DNA from: Monocercomonoides exilis PA203
Taxonomy: Eukaryota; Protista; Preaxostyla
Assembly: GCA_001643675.2 (NCBI GenBank)
Contig: LSRY02000015.1
Span: 744,001-808,000 of the forward strand
Direction: 5' to 3'
DNA: 64,000 nucleotides
The translations under genes and the position numbers were made by a program. Positions 22,542 through 33,323 of the stretch are shown here, one piece after another. The notes beneath the pieces were generated by a model. That model worked only from the letters and a program-made list of their open reading frames with translations, ran no database searches and was not told where the DNA came from. The stretch's first letter is position 1, and every line of letters begins with the position of its first letter.

Positions 22542-25500
22542 ATGACAATGATTCTTTTTGTTTTGGCTGAATGCTTGTGTTTTACATTTTGTGGCACAGA
22601 AAGAAATGATGCACAAAGGAATGGACATCTCATTAATCACATTCCTGCTCAGTCTGAAAGTCATATTTTGGCAAGTGGAAGTGTTGTTCGAATGTTCTGC
22701 GAAATTCACAATTCTTCAGTCGAATTGAAGGAAATAATGCTGGAAAAAGCTGAAGATGATGTGGAATTTGATATTGGAGCAAAGTCATTCCTGCGCCTTG
22801 ATGACTGCTTGTTGATGAGAAAAAGAGGTTTGAATGGGCAATTTGTCTTCAACGAGGGAACATGCGAAATGATAAATACATCAATGAATATCAAAAATGA
22901 TAATAATTGTGGGGTTATGACAAGTCTTGTGAAGATGGAAGGAGGAGATGCATCATTGCTTGTGAGAAACAGTGAGTGGAAGAACATTGTGTTTTGTGGG
23001 AGTGGAAGTGTTTTGAGAAATGGAGAAGGGTCATTTGAAGAAATCAAAAAATGTGCTTTTACAAATATCACAATGAAATTCATGGAAACAGATGAAATGC
23101 CAAATGAGAAAGTGCCAATGATGAAAATGAGTTCAATGGAAGATTGTCAAGTTAAAAGATCGATGAATGTGCTGGAGGGAGGGATTGTGAGTGGAACAGA
23201 AGGATCTATTGCATTTTCTTGCAACAATTGCACATTCTTCAACAATCAAAGAGTGGATTGGAGAGTGGGAAATACAGAAAGAAATTCAACGACTCAAACA
23301 CAGACATATAAAAATGCCGAATGGAATGAATGCTCAGCTCCATGTGGAGGGGCACTGTATGTGCATGACAATTCGAGTGCAACGCTGACTGTTGAAAATT
23401 CATCTTTTGTGAAATGCAACGCAACATCCGAAAGAGGTGGAGGTATTTTCGCTATTAACATTGCTGAATGCACAGTGAGGCATTCCACATTTATTGAGTG
23501 TTATTGCGTCTCGTCAAAAGATTCTGGAGGAGCTGGAGCAGAATTTGAAGGAATTACAGTTCAGGCATATGTTGAAAATTGCTTTTTCAAAGATGGATGG
23601 TCTGGAAATGATGCAGGTGGGCTTGGAATTTGGAAATCGAAAGCAAACAAAACAAAAGATTGCGTTTTGGATTGTTTCTTTGAAAATTGCAGTGGGAATG
23701 GTGCTTTAGGTCCAGATGGTGGAGGTTTTATTAATTGGGCGGCAATCGACAGAATTGTCACAAGAAATTGTTTATTTATTAATTGTCATTGTGATGAGTG
23801 TGGAGGAGCTGTGAGTATTCATATGAACGGCTTTTGTGGAAATCTGTTTTGGTTTTGCTTTTTTCACAATAATACAGCACTCTATGGAAATGATATTTAT
23901 GTTTCAGATAACTCCACAGATTCTCAACTTGTTTGGTGCTATTCAACAAGAACAGAAGGAGTCCGATATCATGCAGGAGGAGATAAAAGTGAGTGGCTTT
24001 CAAACAATGGAGGAAAATGCAGATTTGTATCTTCAGTTCAAAATCAAACAAATGCAAAGGACACATTTAGCTGTGGATTGAATGAAAGTTGTGCATGCCT
24101 CACAATCAGCCATTGCCTTTCCCAAATGATTGTGGGGTTCGTGGAGGAAATGAAGGTGCTGAGTGGAACAATTATGGAAGGAAAAGGAATTGATATTGGA
24201 GAGAAAACAATCTCTGTGAATGGAGTTTCGCCATCTGGCTCAGCCATTGAAACACGATTTGAATCAAATGGATTGAGTCTGTTTTGTGTTGGAACAGGAG
24301 AGTTGAGTGTGAGCGACTTGTCTGTGGTTCACAACTCATCAGTTGAAAATAATCGAAGAAGCAGATTGTTTGAGGTTAAAGGGTCTGGAGGGATCAATTT
24401 GGAGAGAATGAATATATCGATGGATTCTGCTCATTCAGAAGAGAGGAGCATTCAGAACTCACTTGTGAAGATGGGATGGGGAAGTTTGATGATGAAAGAT
24501 GTGAGATGGGGACAAACATTCAGCACCACAAGTGCGATATCTCTGCCTCAAGGATTTTCTGTAACATTGTCTCTGGATAACTGCACATTCAACAACATTG
24601 TGAGAACAACAACAGGATCATCGCTGATGAATGTGGGTGAAAGGTCACATTCAATAACTTTTAAGGGATGCACAATTGATGGCTGTGGGAGTGAAGCCTC
24701 TGAGTTTGGAGGGGGTATGATGATTGAAATGGGGAATGTTGGTTCATTGACGATGAATGGAGGTGTTGTGAAGAACTGTTATGCCTCAACCACTCAAGGG
24801 AGAGGAGGAGGGATTGGGCTGAAAGTGAGCAATATAAATGCAGAGTTTCAGATTTCATCAGGATTTGAAGGGAACAGAGCCAAATGGGGAAGTGACATTT
24901 TTGTTGACTCGATCAACTTGGAGTCAACAGCAAAAAGTGGGAAAATCACTTCATTGACAGCTTCGTTTGATACGAAGAGCAAGATACAAGGATATGAAAA
25001 TGGGGATGAGTCGTTCCCAATTCCGATGTGCGTTTATTTGATTCCTATGCCAGATGAGATCTTTGTGAGCAATGTTGATGCATATGATCATTCACATTGT
25101 GGGTTTGTTGAGTTTCCCTGTCTTTCACTGAGTCATTCATTGACAAGGCAAGAAGAGGAAAAGAAGATTATTGTTGAAGGGATGATATTGATGAGCGATG
25201 AATTGGCCTTTGTTAGACAGAAACATGAAATCAAAGGAGATGATGAACTGAGTGGCTGGACAGTCTCTGATGCAAGCTCGCCATTAAACTCAGCGATGAT
25301 TGCAACAAATGTTGAAACAGAATTGTCAAAGTTGATATTCTCTCTTCCTTCTTCGTTTTCTCTTCACTCCACTTTCATATCATCTTCTTCACAACTGACT
25401 ATGTCTCGTTGCTCCATTTCCCTTCAAAATCCTTTTTCAGAATTAGCATGTCGATTCTTGTCAGTTGAGTCTGGGACCTTGACTATTGACTCGTTTTCGG

Positions 25501-28500
25501 CTTCATCAATCACTTTGAATGGAAATCCATTGATCTCTTTGTCTGGAAGTGGAATAAATACCGAGTTGATGAATACTAAGTGGTTGAACATGACGTACTG
25601 CAATTTCACAGAAATCAAAAGGACAGCAGGAAGCGGAGGCTGTGTGAGCATCGATAACAGCAATGATGAAAATGAAAATACAAACACACAAATAAATATT
25701 GAAGAATGTGATTTTGATGAATGCTCTGTGCTGGCTGATGGAGGCAGAGGAGGTGCAATCAATGCGCAGTTGAAAGGGAATATTCAAATGAATATTGTTT
25801 CATGCACATTCACTGGATGCACTGCACCAGCTGAAGAAGAAGGGAAAACTGGGTTTGGAGGAGGAACGGCACTGAAGTTGATTGATGATTATTCTTCGTT
25901 TGTGATTTCATCTCCTGTTTTTGATACAAACAAACCAAATGTTGCGAAATATGGAAATGACCTGTTTGTTGAGTCATCCAACTTGACAAAGAGCATCACA
26001 AACACCTCTCTTCCATTTGTGTCTGGTCATCTGTCAGATATTTCGTTGGATTCGATGAGAGGGTTTGATGGGAATGATACAGCGAATGCTATTCCACTGG
26101 TGTATTTCTGGTTCACACTTGGATCAGAGATATTTGTTGGGGGCGAAGGAAGAGACATGGGTGCGTGTGGATTCTCAGATTATCCATGCCTGTCAATCGA
26201 TTATTCATTGGATCGATTGCCTGAGGGAAATGAAAGGATTATCAGCATCATTGGAAAAGGGTGTCTTCAGAGGAGTGTTGATGTGAGTGGAATTTCAGTG
26301 AAATCGGATGATGAAGAAATGTGTTCTTTAGAGTGTCTCTCATCGCTTGAAGGAGCAGAAGGAGCAGCAATGAAGATTTCTGGAATTTCCAATTTCGAAC
26401 TGATGAAGTTTGTGATGCCATCATCCTTCAGAAATGGAGTCAGTTATTTGATGTGTGTTGGATCAAGTGAAGGACTGTTGACTCTGAAAGACTGCTCGTT
26501 CACAAAAAATGAAGAAAGTGGAGAAGAAATAATCAGCCATGGGTTGATCAAGGCAGATGAAGGCTCAGTTGTATTGGAATTTGTGTCAATGCAATCACTT
26601 TGTTTTTCAAAGGATGTTATTTCTGTGTTATCTTCAACGATTCTGAACATTAAGAACTTGACAATGAAGACTGTTGAGCTGGAAGGTTCAAGCGGATTGA
26701 GGATATCAAAGAGTTCAGGGATAGTCAAAAATGAAGAAGAACAAGATGTTGTTATTGAATGGAGCATTTTCGAAGAAGTCACACAGAACACAACAGATGA
26801 TATTCCGATCATTCGAAATGACAATGATGATGAGCCATTGAAAATTGTGATTCGAAACACAACGATGAAGGGATGCGGTGGAAAGAGGTGTGGAAAAGGA
26901 GGAGGGATGTTTTGTGTGTTGAATGAGGGAGGAAGCTTCGACTGCTCGTTTTGCACGATTTCTGAGTGCTTCTGTTCCACAACTGGAAGAGGCGGGTGGC
27001 TGTTTCTGGAATGCACCTCGGTGGCTGAGCAGCCTCTGAACTTTGTTCTGTCAAACATCACATTCAGAGACAACTCTGCGTTCAGAGGGAGAGATGTGTA
27101 TGTTCGATGCCACTCAATTGATACTCAAATAGCTGATGAGCAGTTCCTTTTGGATTTCAGAACACCGTTCGTGAAGGATCTTGCAATATGGGGATGCACA
27201 ACAGACTCGTTTGTGGGGGAAGAGGATCTTCTGCTGAGGGTTGTGAAATACCAGAGCGAGACGATATTTGTTTCTTCAGTAACAGGCAACCACGGAGATA
27301 GCAAGCAATGTGGAGAGTTCAATTCGCCATGCCATTCATTGGATATTGGAGTTCAGCACATCATTCCTTCATCATATTCGCAGCTGTTGATCTCGGAGGA
27401 GACGATCATCAATGGGGAGTGTGATGTGCATGATGTGATCATCCGCTCACTAGAGTCTCCCTCAACTGCTTTGGTGCATCTGAACTCAACAATAAATATC
27501 AATGAGGGCAGTCTTCTCACAACTTCAGAGAATGTTCGGATTGAGAGATTGAAATTCAACTTTGACCAATCGTTTTCTTATTCAGGCAGTTCTGTCATTC
27601 ATGAATCAAGTGGCCAACTTTCTCTTTTATTTGTTGACTTCTCTTCTGTTGGAGGGTCAAACAACAACCAACCTTCTGTTGTTCTCAACTCGACCTTGCT
27701 GAGCGTTGTAAAGGGGATTCTTCATGTTGACAACTGCTCGGTGTCAATGCTTTCATTCAAGAAGTCAGCTTTTCTGCTAAATGGAGATGAAATCAATATC
27801 ACAAATTTCAAACTGGAACAAATTGAATCAACAAGAAATGTTGTTGAGATTGGACAATGTGGAAGTGTTGTGCTGAATGGAATTGATGCAGATGGAGTGA
27901 AATTGTCTGAGGGTTGCATCATTTCGATTGGCAGTTCAGCTTCAGGAAGTGTTTCAGTTGGAAGCTCCTCATTCAAGAACTGCTCGAGGAATTCAGAAGG
28001 AGCTTCTGTTCTTTCCGCTTCTTCAACTTCTGCTCAAATTTCTCTTTCAAATTGTTCCTGCTCAAACTGTTATTCTCTGTCAAGCAAAGGAAGCATGATG
28101 GAGATGAACAATACGAAGGATGTTCTCATGAACATGTGTGAATTTGAAGGGCTGATCTTAAAAGAAAGTGAAAGCGAGATAAATGATGCATTTGAAGAAA
28201 TATGCGAATGGAATGGATCACTTGTTCATTCAACTAACTCTTCATTGGCGATGAAGGATGTAACAATTTTGAATGCTTCTTCAGGTGGGTTATCCATTTC
28301 AAGTGGGAATGTGAAGATTGAAGCAGGAAACTTCAGCAACAACAACCCTGCGAATGCAAAATATCCTTCTCTTCGAAGAAATATCATTTGCTCTGATTCT
28401 GCTTCTTTGACTGTTTCTGGTTTGAAAGGTGGAGATGGTCAAGAGAAAAATACATCACTTTGGACATTGAATGATGGATGTCTAATTGAAGGGATTGTTT

Positions 28501-30197
28501 CTGAAAGAGCATCTTCATTCTTCATTCCAGTGTTGGAGAGTGTTAAAACAAGGGAGAAAGGAGAAGAAATGAAGGTTGTGTTCAAAGGGAAACTCCTTCT
28601 CCCGTGCAACTTGTCATTCATGGTTGAAAAGCAGATTGGAGAAGAAAAGCAGATTGAAAGATACGAATTTGATGAGAGTGGATATGTGTCGGAGACAGAA
28701 GTTGAAGGGAGATTGGCAAGGGAGATGATAAGCGAGGCAGGAGATGAGGCAGAGGTGAGAGTGAGCATTCTGTTTGGAGATGTCAAAAACCCATCATCGA
28801 CTGATTCTTTTATTCTGAAGAACAGAAGTGAGCTCAAGGCTAATGGAGATGAAAGAATTGTTGAAGGAGGGAAAGAAAGGAAATCTTATTGGCTGTTGAT
28901 TGTTATTATCATGGCAATAATCCTTTTTATTGTTCTCATCATTGCAGTTGCATTTATTGTTCGGTGGAGGAAAGTGAAGGAAAGAAATGAGGAATTGGAA
29001 GAGATTGTGAATGACACAGTGAAAAAGGATCCGAAGCTGATTGAGATGGTGACGATGGAGATGTCACCTGAGGAGCAATGGAGGAGAGCAGAGAGGGAGG
29101 CAGAGAAGAAGAATGATGAGAGGATAAAGAAGAGGGTGTATGAGACGAATATGGAACATTCTGAGTCATCAGAGCATTTGCTGAGTGAAAGTGGATCGAC
29201 TGAATACATCCTTGGAAGAGATTCAGACAAGATTCCTGATTGGGCATTGGAAAAAGTTGATGAAGAAGAGACAAGAAAGAGAACACCATCACCATCAATT
29301 TCTTCAACATGCTCAACTGATTCAGATTCCACATTTGTTCGAGGGGAAGATCTGTGTCCAACCACCTCGTCGATGTCGAATCTGGTGGATGCAATGGCCT
29401 GTTCATCTCCTCATGAGAAGCTGATTGTGGATCTGAGGGATTCGCTGTTCATGCTGCTTCATGGGTTGAATAAGACAAAGGAGATGGCGATTGGAACATT
29501 GAAAGAAAGAGAACAAACAGCTGCCCAGATCCTGTTCTGGGTGGCTAACCTTGCTCTCCATTCGTTTGATGAGATGGAAAACCCTCTTCAATCTCTTTCC
29601 AACTTGAGCCCTCACATTGTTCTCTTCTCCGAACACATGGTGATCTGCATTGTGATGCATTCAGACTTATTGTCAGATGATGACTCAGATTCATCCTCCA
29701 TCTCATCATCAACTGTTGTGACATCTGCCAGTGGTGGCGATGATGATGATGAAGAAGACTCCCTTCCCTCATCAGCCTTTGAGGATGAAGATAGTTTCAA
29801 AAAAGAGTGCCTGAGGTGGAAGGCGCCTGAGCTGCAGATGAAAAAGAAGATGGGAGCAACAAAGGAGTCAGTGTCATTCTCGATTGGGATGATGCTGTGG
29901 GAGTGTCTGACCCTTCAAATCCCGTTTGGCGAATACGAGGCAGAGGTGGCTGGACAGAAGATTGTGAATGGGGAGAGGCCAAGCATGAAGGAGGCAGAAG
30001 AGTCGATGCTGTTGCCCATGGTTCTGTCGTGCCTGTCATCCGAGTCTGAAAAGCGGCTGTCTCTTCAAGGTCTGAAGCGCGAGTTCATCCAGCGATTTCC
30101 GGAAGGAGCAGTGATGCTCACGATGTCAGATGCAGTGATATATATCGAAGACTCAGAACAAGATGGAAGCAGCCAGATAAGCACAACAGACAGATGA
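22542..30197 (+). CDS. Giant type-I membrane receptor-like protein A: Cys/Gly-rich right-handed beta-helix (pectin-lyase/Pmp-like) ectodomain, single TM, degenerate TK/TKL-like kinase C-lobe
   Basis: 2551-aa intronless ORF with hydrophobic N-terminus. Repeated GG(A/G)(I/L/V) and FxxC/N motifs. Four 'FV..D..CG..(P)C.(S/T)(L/I)' modules. TM 'YWLLIVIIMAIILFIVLIIAVAFIV-RWRK' at ~28886-28965. 'CLRWKAPE..SFSIGMMLWECLTLQIPF..NGERP' matches kinase subdomains VIII-XI. Confidence 0.85.
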   Translation: MTMILFVLAECLCFTFCGTERNDAQRNGHLINHIPAQSESHILASGSVVRMFCEIHNSSVELKEIMLEKAEDDVEFDIGAKSFLRLDDCLLMRKRGLNGQFVFNEGTCEMINTSMNIKNDNNCGVMTSLVKMEGGDASLLVRNSEWKNIVFCGSGSVLRNGEGSFEEIKKCAFTNITMKFMETDEMPNEKVPMMKMSSMEDCQVKRSMNVLEGGIVSGTEGSIAFSCNNCTFFNNQRVDWRVGNTERNSTTQTQTYKNAEWNECSAPCGGALYVHDNSSATLTVENSSFVKCNATSERGGGIFAINIAECTVRHSTFIECYCVSSKDSGGAGAEFEGITVQAYVENCFFKDGWSGNDAGGLGIWKSKANKTKDCVLDCFFENCSGNGALGPDGGGFINWAAIDRIVTRNCLFINCHCDECGGAVSIHMNGFCGNLFWFCFFHNNTALYGNDIYVSDNSTDSQLVWCYSTRTEGVRYHAGGDKSEWLSNNGGKCRFVSSVQNQTNAKDTFSCGLNESCACLTISHCLSQMIVGFVEEMKVLSGTIMEGKGIDIGEKTISVNGVSPSGSAIETRFESNGLSLFCVGTGELSVSDLSVVHNSSVENNRRSRLFEVKGSGGINLERMNISMDSAHSEERSIQNSLVKMGWGSLMMKDVRWGQTFSTTSAISLPQGFSVTLSLDNCTFNNIVRTTTGSSLMNVGERSHSITFKGCTIDGCGSEASEFGGGMMIEMGNVGSLTMNGGVVKNCYASTTQGRGGGIGLKVSNINAEFQISSGFEGNRAKWGSDIFVDSINLESTAKSGKITSLTASFDTKSKIQGYENGDESFPIPMCVYLIPMPDEIFVSNVDAYDHSHCGFVEFPCLSLSHSLTRQEEEKKIIVEGMILMSDELAFVRQKHEIKGDDELSGWTVSDASSPLNSAMIATNVETELSKLIFSLPSSFSLHSTFISSSSQLTMSRCSISLQNPFSELACRFLSVESGTLTIDSFSASSITLNGNPLISLSGSGINTELMNTKWLNMTYCNFTEIKRTAGSGGCVSIDNSNDENENTNTQINIEECDFDECSVLADGGRGGAINAQLKGNIQMNIVSCTFTGCTAPAEEEGKTGFGGGTALKLIDDYSSFVISSPVFDTNKPNVAKYGNDLFVESSNLTKSITNTSLPFVSGHLSDISLDSMRGFDGNDTANAIPLVYFWFTLGSEIFVGGEGRDMGACGFSDYPCLSIDYSLDRLPEGNERIISIIGKGCLQRSVDVSGISVKSDDEEMCSLECLSSLEGAEGAAMKISGISNFELMKFVMPSSFRNGVSYLMCVGSSEGLLTLKDCSFTKNEESGEEIISHGLIKADEGSVVLEFVSMQSLCFSKDVISVLSSTILNIKNLTMKTVELEGSSGLRISKSSGIVKNEEEQDVVIEWSIFEEVTQNTTDDIPIIRNDNDDEPLKIVIRNTTMKGCGGKRCGKGGGMFCVLNEGGSFDCSFCTISECFCSTTGRGGWLFLECTSVAEQPLNFVLSNITFRDNSAFRGRDVYVRCHSIDTQIADEQFLLDFRTPFVKDLAIWGCTTDSFVGEEDLLLRVVKYQSETIFVSSVTGNHGDSKQCGEFNSPCHSLDIGVQHIIPSSYSQLLISEETIINGECDVHDVIIRSLESPSTALVHLNSTININEGSLLTTSENVRIERLKFNFDQSFSYSGSSVIHESSGQLSLLFVDFSSVGGSNNNQPSVVLNSTLLSVVKGILHVDNCSVSMLSFKKSAFLLNGDEINITNFKLEQIESTRNVVEIGQCGSVVLNGIDADGVKLSEGCIISIGSSASGSVSVGSSSFKNCSRNSEGASVLSASSTSAQISLSNCSCSNCYSLSSKGSMMEMNNTKDVLMNMCEFEGLILKESESEINDAFEEICEWNGSLVHSTNSSLAMKDVTILNASSGGLSISSGNVKIEAGNFSNNNPANAKYPSLRRNIICSDSASLTVSGLKGGDGQEKNTSLWTLNDGCLIEGIVSERASSFFIPVLESVKTREKGEEMKVVFKGKLLLPCNLSFMVEKQIGEEKQIERYEFDESGYVSETEVEGRLAREMISEAGDEAEVRVSILFGDVKNPSSTDSFILKNRSELKANGDERIVEGGKERKSYWLLIVIIMAIILFIVLIIAVAFIVRWRKVKERNEELEEIVNDTVKKDPKLIEMVTMEMSPEEQWRRAEREAEKKNDERIKKRVYETNMEHSESSEHLLSESGSTEYILGRDSDKIPDWALEKVDEEETRKRTPSPSISSTCSTDSDSTFVRGEDLCPTTSSMSNLVDAMACSSPHEKLIVDLRDSLFMLLHGLNKTKEMAIGTLKEREQTAAQILFWVANLALHSFDEMENPLQSLSNLSPHIVLFSEHMVICIVMHSDLLSDDDSDSSSISSSTVVTSASGGDDDDEEDSLPSSAFEDEDSFKKECLRWKAPELQMKKKMGATKESVSFSIGMMLWECLTLQIPFGEYEAEVAGQKIVNGERPSMKEAEESMLLPMVLSCLSSESEKRLSLQGLKREFIQRFPEGAVMLTMSDAVIYIEDSEQDGSSQISTTDR

Positions 30198-31048
30198 GCG
30201 AAAACAAGGGGAAAAAGAGGAAGAAATCAGCTCAGTCAAAGATTCATCAGATGATAATCATTCAAACAATTCGAAAAACACTCAATTGAGCTGAGAAGGA
30301 AAAGAAAAAAGAAAATGAAGATTTTTTAAAATCCTGGATATTTGAAAGATTTTTATAGCTCCCTGTTTTGTGTTTTATTTGTGAAATCAGAAGCATCTTC
30401 CGCTGCTGTGCATTCACTTTTGTTTTCATTTGCATTTGCCTGAATTCTGTTTGTCAATTTTTTTCTGTTTGTTATTTATTAGAAATTGTTATATTTGAAG
30501 GAATCAGATTTTTTTGTGAAATCAAGCTTTTTGTTCAATAATCAGCAACTTTCATAATTTTTTATCATCTGTTTTTTTTTTTTTTTTTTTTTGTTGTTGT
30601 TTCACATCATTCACCAGTTTGTTTTGAATTTCTTTGTGAATCTTATTTTTGAAAAAGTCATTTTTCTTGCTCTGTTTTTTTCATTCTTCAGTTTTGTTAT
30701 TTTCAGAAATGATGTACTTCACAAACATATATATTCATCATTTTTTATAAATTTGCATTTCAAATATTCGTTTTATTGAATTTTTTAGTTGCCAGAAGCA
30801 ATATCTTTTATTATCCAACAAGATGAAAAAATACAACTTAGTGATTAATTTTAGCTTTTTTGAGAAAAAAAATCAAATTAAAAAATACTGAGACAAAACG
30901 AACAATAATAAAAATATCTGTCTCATGTAATTTTCTATGCGTTTCATTGGTTTGATGAATATTATGAACACAGATGGTTTCATTTTGTTTTTCTAATCAT
31001 GTTTTTATCCAGAGAATAACCCAATAAATATTTGCTAATTTTCATGTA

Positions 31049-33087
31049 GGGTGATTTATTAACCCGAATATTTTTTTTAACCCGAACATTTTTTTTATTA
31101 ATAAGTTTAATCAACCCACTTTTCATATTTTATTAATTGTTTTGAGTATATAAGGAAAAGTCAGAAGTCAGAAATTAAGATCAAATTACTATACCTAATC
31201 TCTGATGGGGGGGGAGATGGGGGGGTTAGCTCCTCCATCTCTGATTGGTGCCTCCCCTGAGGAGATTAGGTAATAGCAACGGGGCTGACTAAGTTAGAAT
31301 TTGATTGAAAAATTTTTTTTGATTTTTTTTTCATTTCAAAAAAAATTTTTTTTAAAATAAAAAAAATGATCATAACCAAAAAATATTTTTAAATGAGTGT
31401 TGTGGAAAACAAAAGACAACAAGGATTAAAGAAAATTAGAAGTTTAATGAGATCCTTCCAATATCGACATATTGAAAGTAGATTAGAACGTGTTGCAACG
31501 ATTATTTCTAATGGAGAAGCTCGGGTTGCTGATGCTGCGAACATGAAGGAATTTACTCGCTCGGCAATTGATAGGGCAGTTACTGCTGTGGAAAAAGGAA
31601 GGAAGGCAGGGAAAAATGGAAGACCAGAATTATTCAATCAGGAAGAAAAGGAAACTATATTTGGAGTGCTAAAAATCGAATGTGAAAGTGGGACAAGTTA
31701 CAATGCTACGCAAATGAGGAAATTAGTTTGTTACAATTTTTAATTTATTGTATTTATCTATTTTTTATATATTCAGATGAACACTGTTATCAATGATAGG
31801 AAAAAAGACGACTTCGACGAAGAAGATGAAGAAGTGAACATTTCGAAAGCATATCCTTATCAGTACACAAAAAGGAACCCCGATCTCAAAGCTTCTCATC
31901 CTCGAAATGTCGACATCCAAAGGCTCTCCGCATCAAACCAACAAACTCTTCTTCCATTTTTCACTCTTCTACAAAACCTTCATGATCAACATCATTATTC
32001 TAACTCTCTCATCTTTAATATTGATGAATCTTCTCTCCGACTCTCTGATTCTTTCTCTTCTCTTGTTTTCCATCCTTCCGACATGCCTGCCGGTTTCTCC
32101 AAAACACCAATGAACATGCCGAATGCAACTCTCGTCGTTGCAGCTGCAGCTGATGGCTACTCCCTAAAAAGCGTCGTTCTGTGGCCTTGTCGGAAACTGC
32201 CAGATGAACTGCGCCTTGTTCTGAGTTCGCAGTTAGATGTTTGGGGTGAAAATGAAGGCTGGATGACTGAAGCGCTATTCCTCAAATATGCTGAAGAAGT
32301 GTTGCTTCCAGGGATCACACAAAGAAGAGAAACTTTGAAGAAGAAAGATGAACGTTGCCTTCTCCTTCTTGATTCTCATTCTTCGAGAGCGCAGCCTGAC
32401 TTGTGGAAGAAGTTCGCCGATTCTTCAATAGATGTGGTCACCTTCGTACCCCACACCACTCACATCGCACAGCCGTTGGATCGTGGGGTGTTTGCTGTTT
32501 TTAAAAAGACAATAAATGCTAATTATGAAGCGCCTTCTTCTTCTTCTGTTGTTTTGCGACGAGAAGCGCTCGCTGATGTGCTTCCACAAGCTTTACAAAC
32601 TTCTTTGTTGCCTTCTACAATCAAATCATCATTTGCGAAGAGCGGAGTACTGTCACATCAGTGGCACGAAGTGTTAGCGAAGCTGCCAAAAGAACCTTCT
32701 GTCACTCTGAAGAAAAGAACAAAAAGGTTTGATTATTTTGGAAAATTAATTACCGATGAAGAATTTTTAATAGAATGGAAAAAAGAAAAGGATGAAAGAA
32801 AAGAGTCAAAAAATGAAGAAAAAGATAATGAAGAAATTGAAAAGGCTTTGTTTGAAGATGAAAAACCGAAAAAAAGAAAATTCGACCCATTGAAAATTTT
32901 AAATGATGATTTTTCTGATGATGAAAAAAAAGAAAGAAATACTCGAAAAATTGTCAAACGAGAGCTTGTTGATTATATTTATTATTAATATTTTTTAAAA
33001 AACGAAATCAATACACAATACACAAAAATATATTTGTTTATTTTTTATTCGGGTTTTCAAAAAAATATTCGGGTTAATAAATCACCC
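31049..33087 (+). mobile_element. Intact pogo-like (Tc1/mariner superfamily) DNA transposon, 2039 bp
   Basis: Perfect 29-bp TIRs GGGTGATTTATTAACCCGAATATTTTTTT at both ends. TA on both flanks (31047-48, 33088-89). Second AACCCGAA motif subterminally at each end. Contains the transposase. Confidence 0.93.
31393..32988 (+). CDS. DDE_1/pogo-family transposase (DD35D), 2 exons, ~514 aa
   Basis: Exons 31393-31725 and 31777-32988 with a 51-nt GTTTGT..CAG intron. Catalytic motifs 'IFNIDES', 'LLLLDSHSSR' and 'HTTHIAQPLDRGVF' with 35 residues between the 2nd and 3rd Asp. Also 'GWMT' and N-terminal 'GRP'. Confidence 0.9.
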
Positions 33088-33323
33088 TATTTTTTTTTTT
33101 TTCATGAAACAAACTTATAAGTCTTTTCTTTATTCACCCATTCGCAATTGAATAACAATAAGTTACATCAATCCAAATAGAGAGGTTTCGCTATAAATTT
33201 TAAAAAAACCAAACTTTTGAACTGGAAAAAGTTATGGTATTTTTCTTTTAAAAGGATATTTCCAAAATAGGAAGGGAACAACATTCATAACATCATATTT
33301 AAAAAGATTGTAGAAGAATTAAA

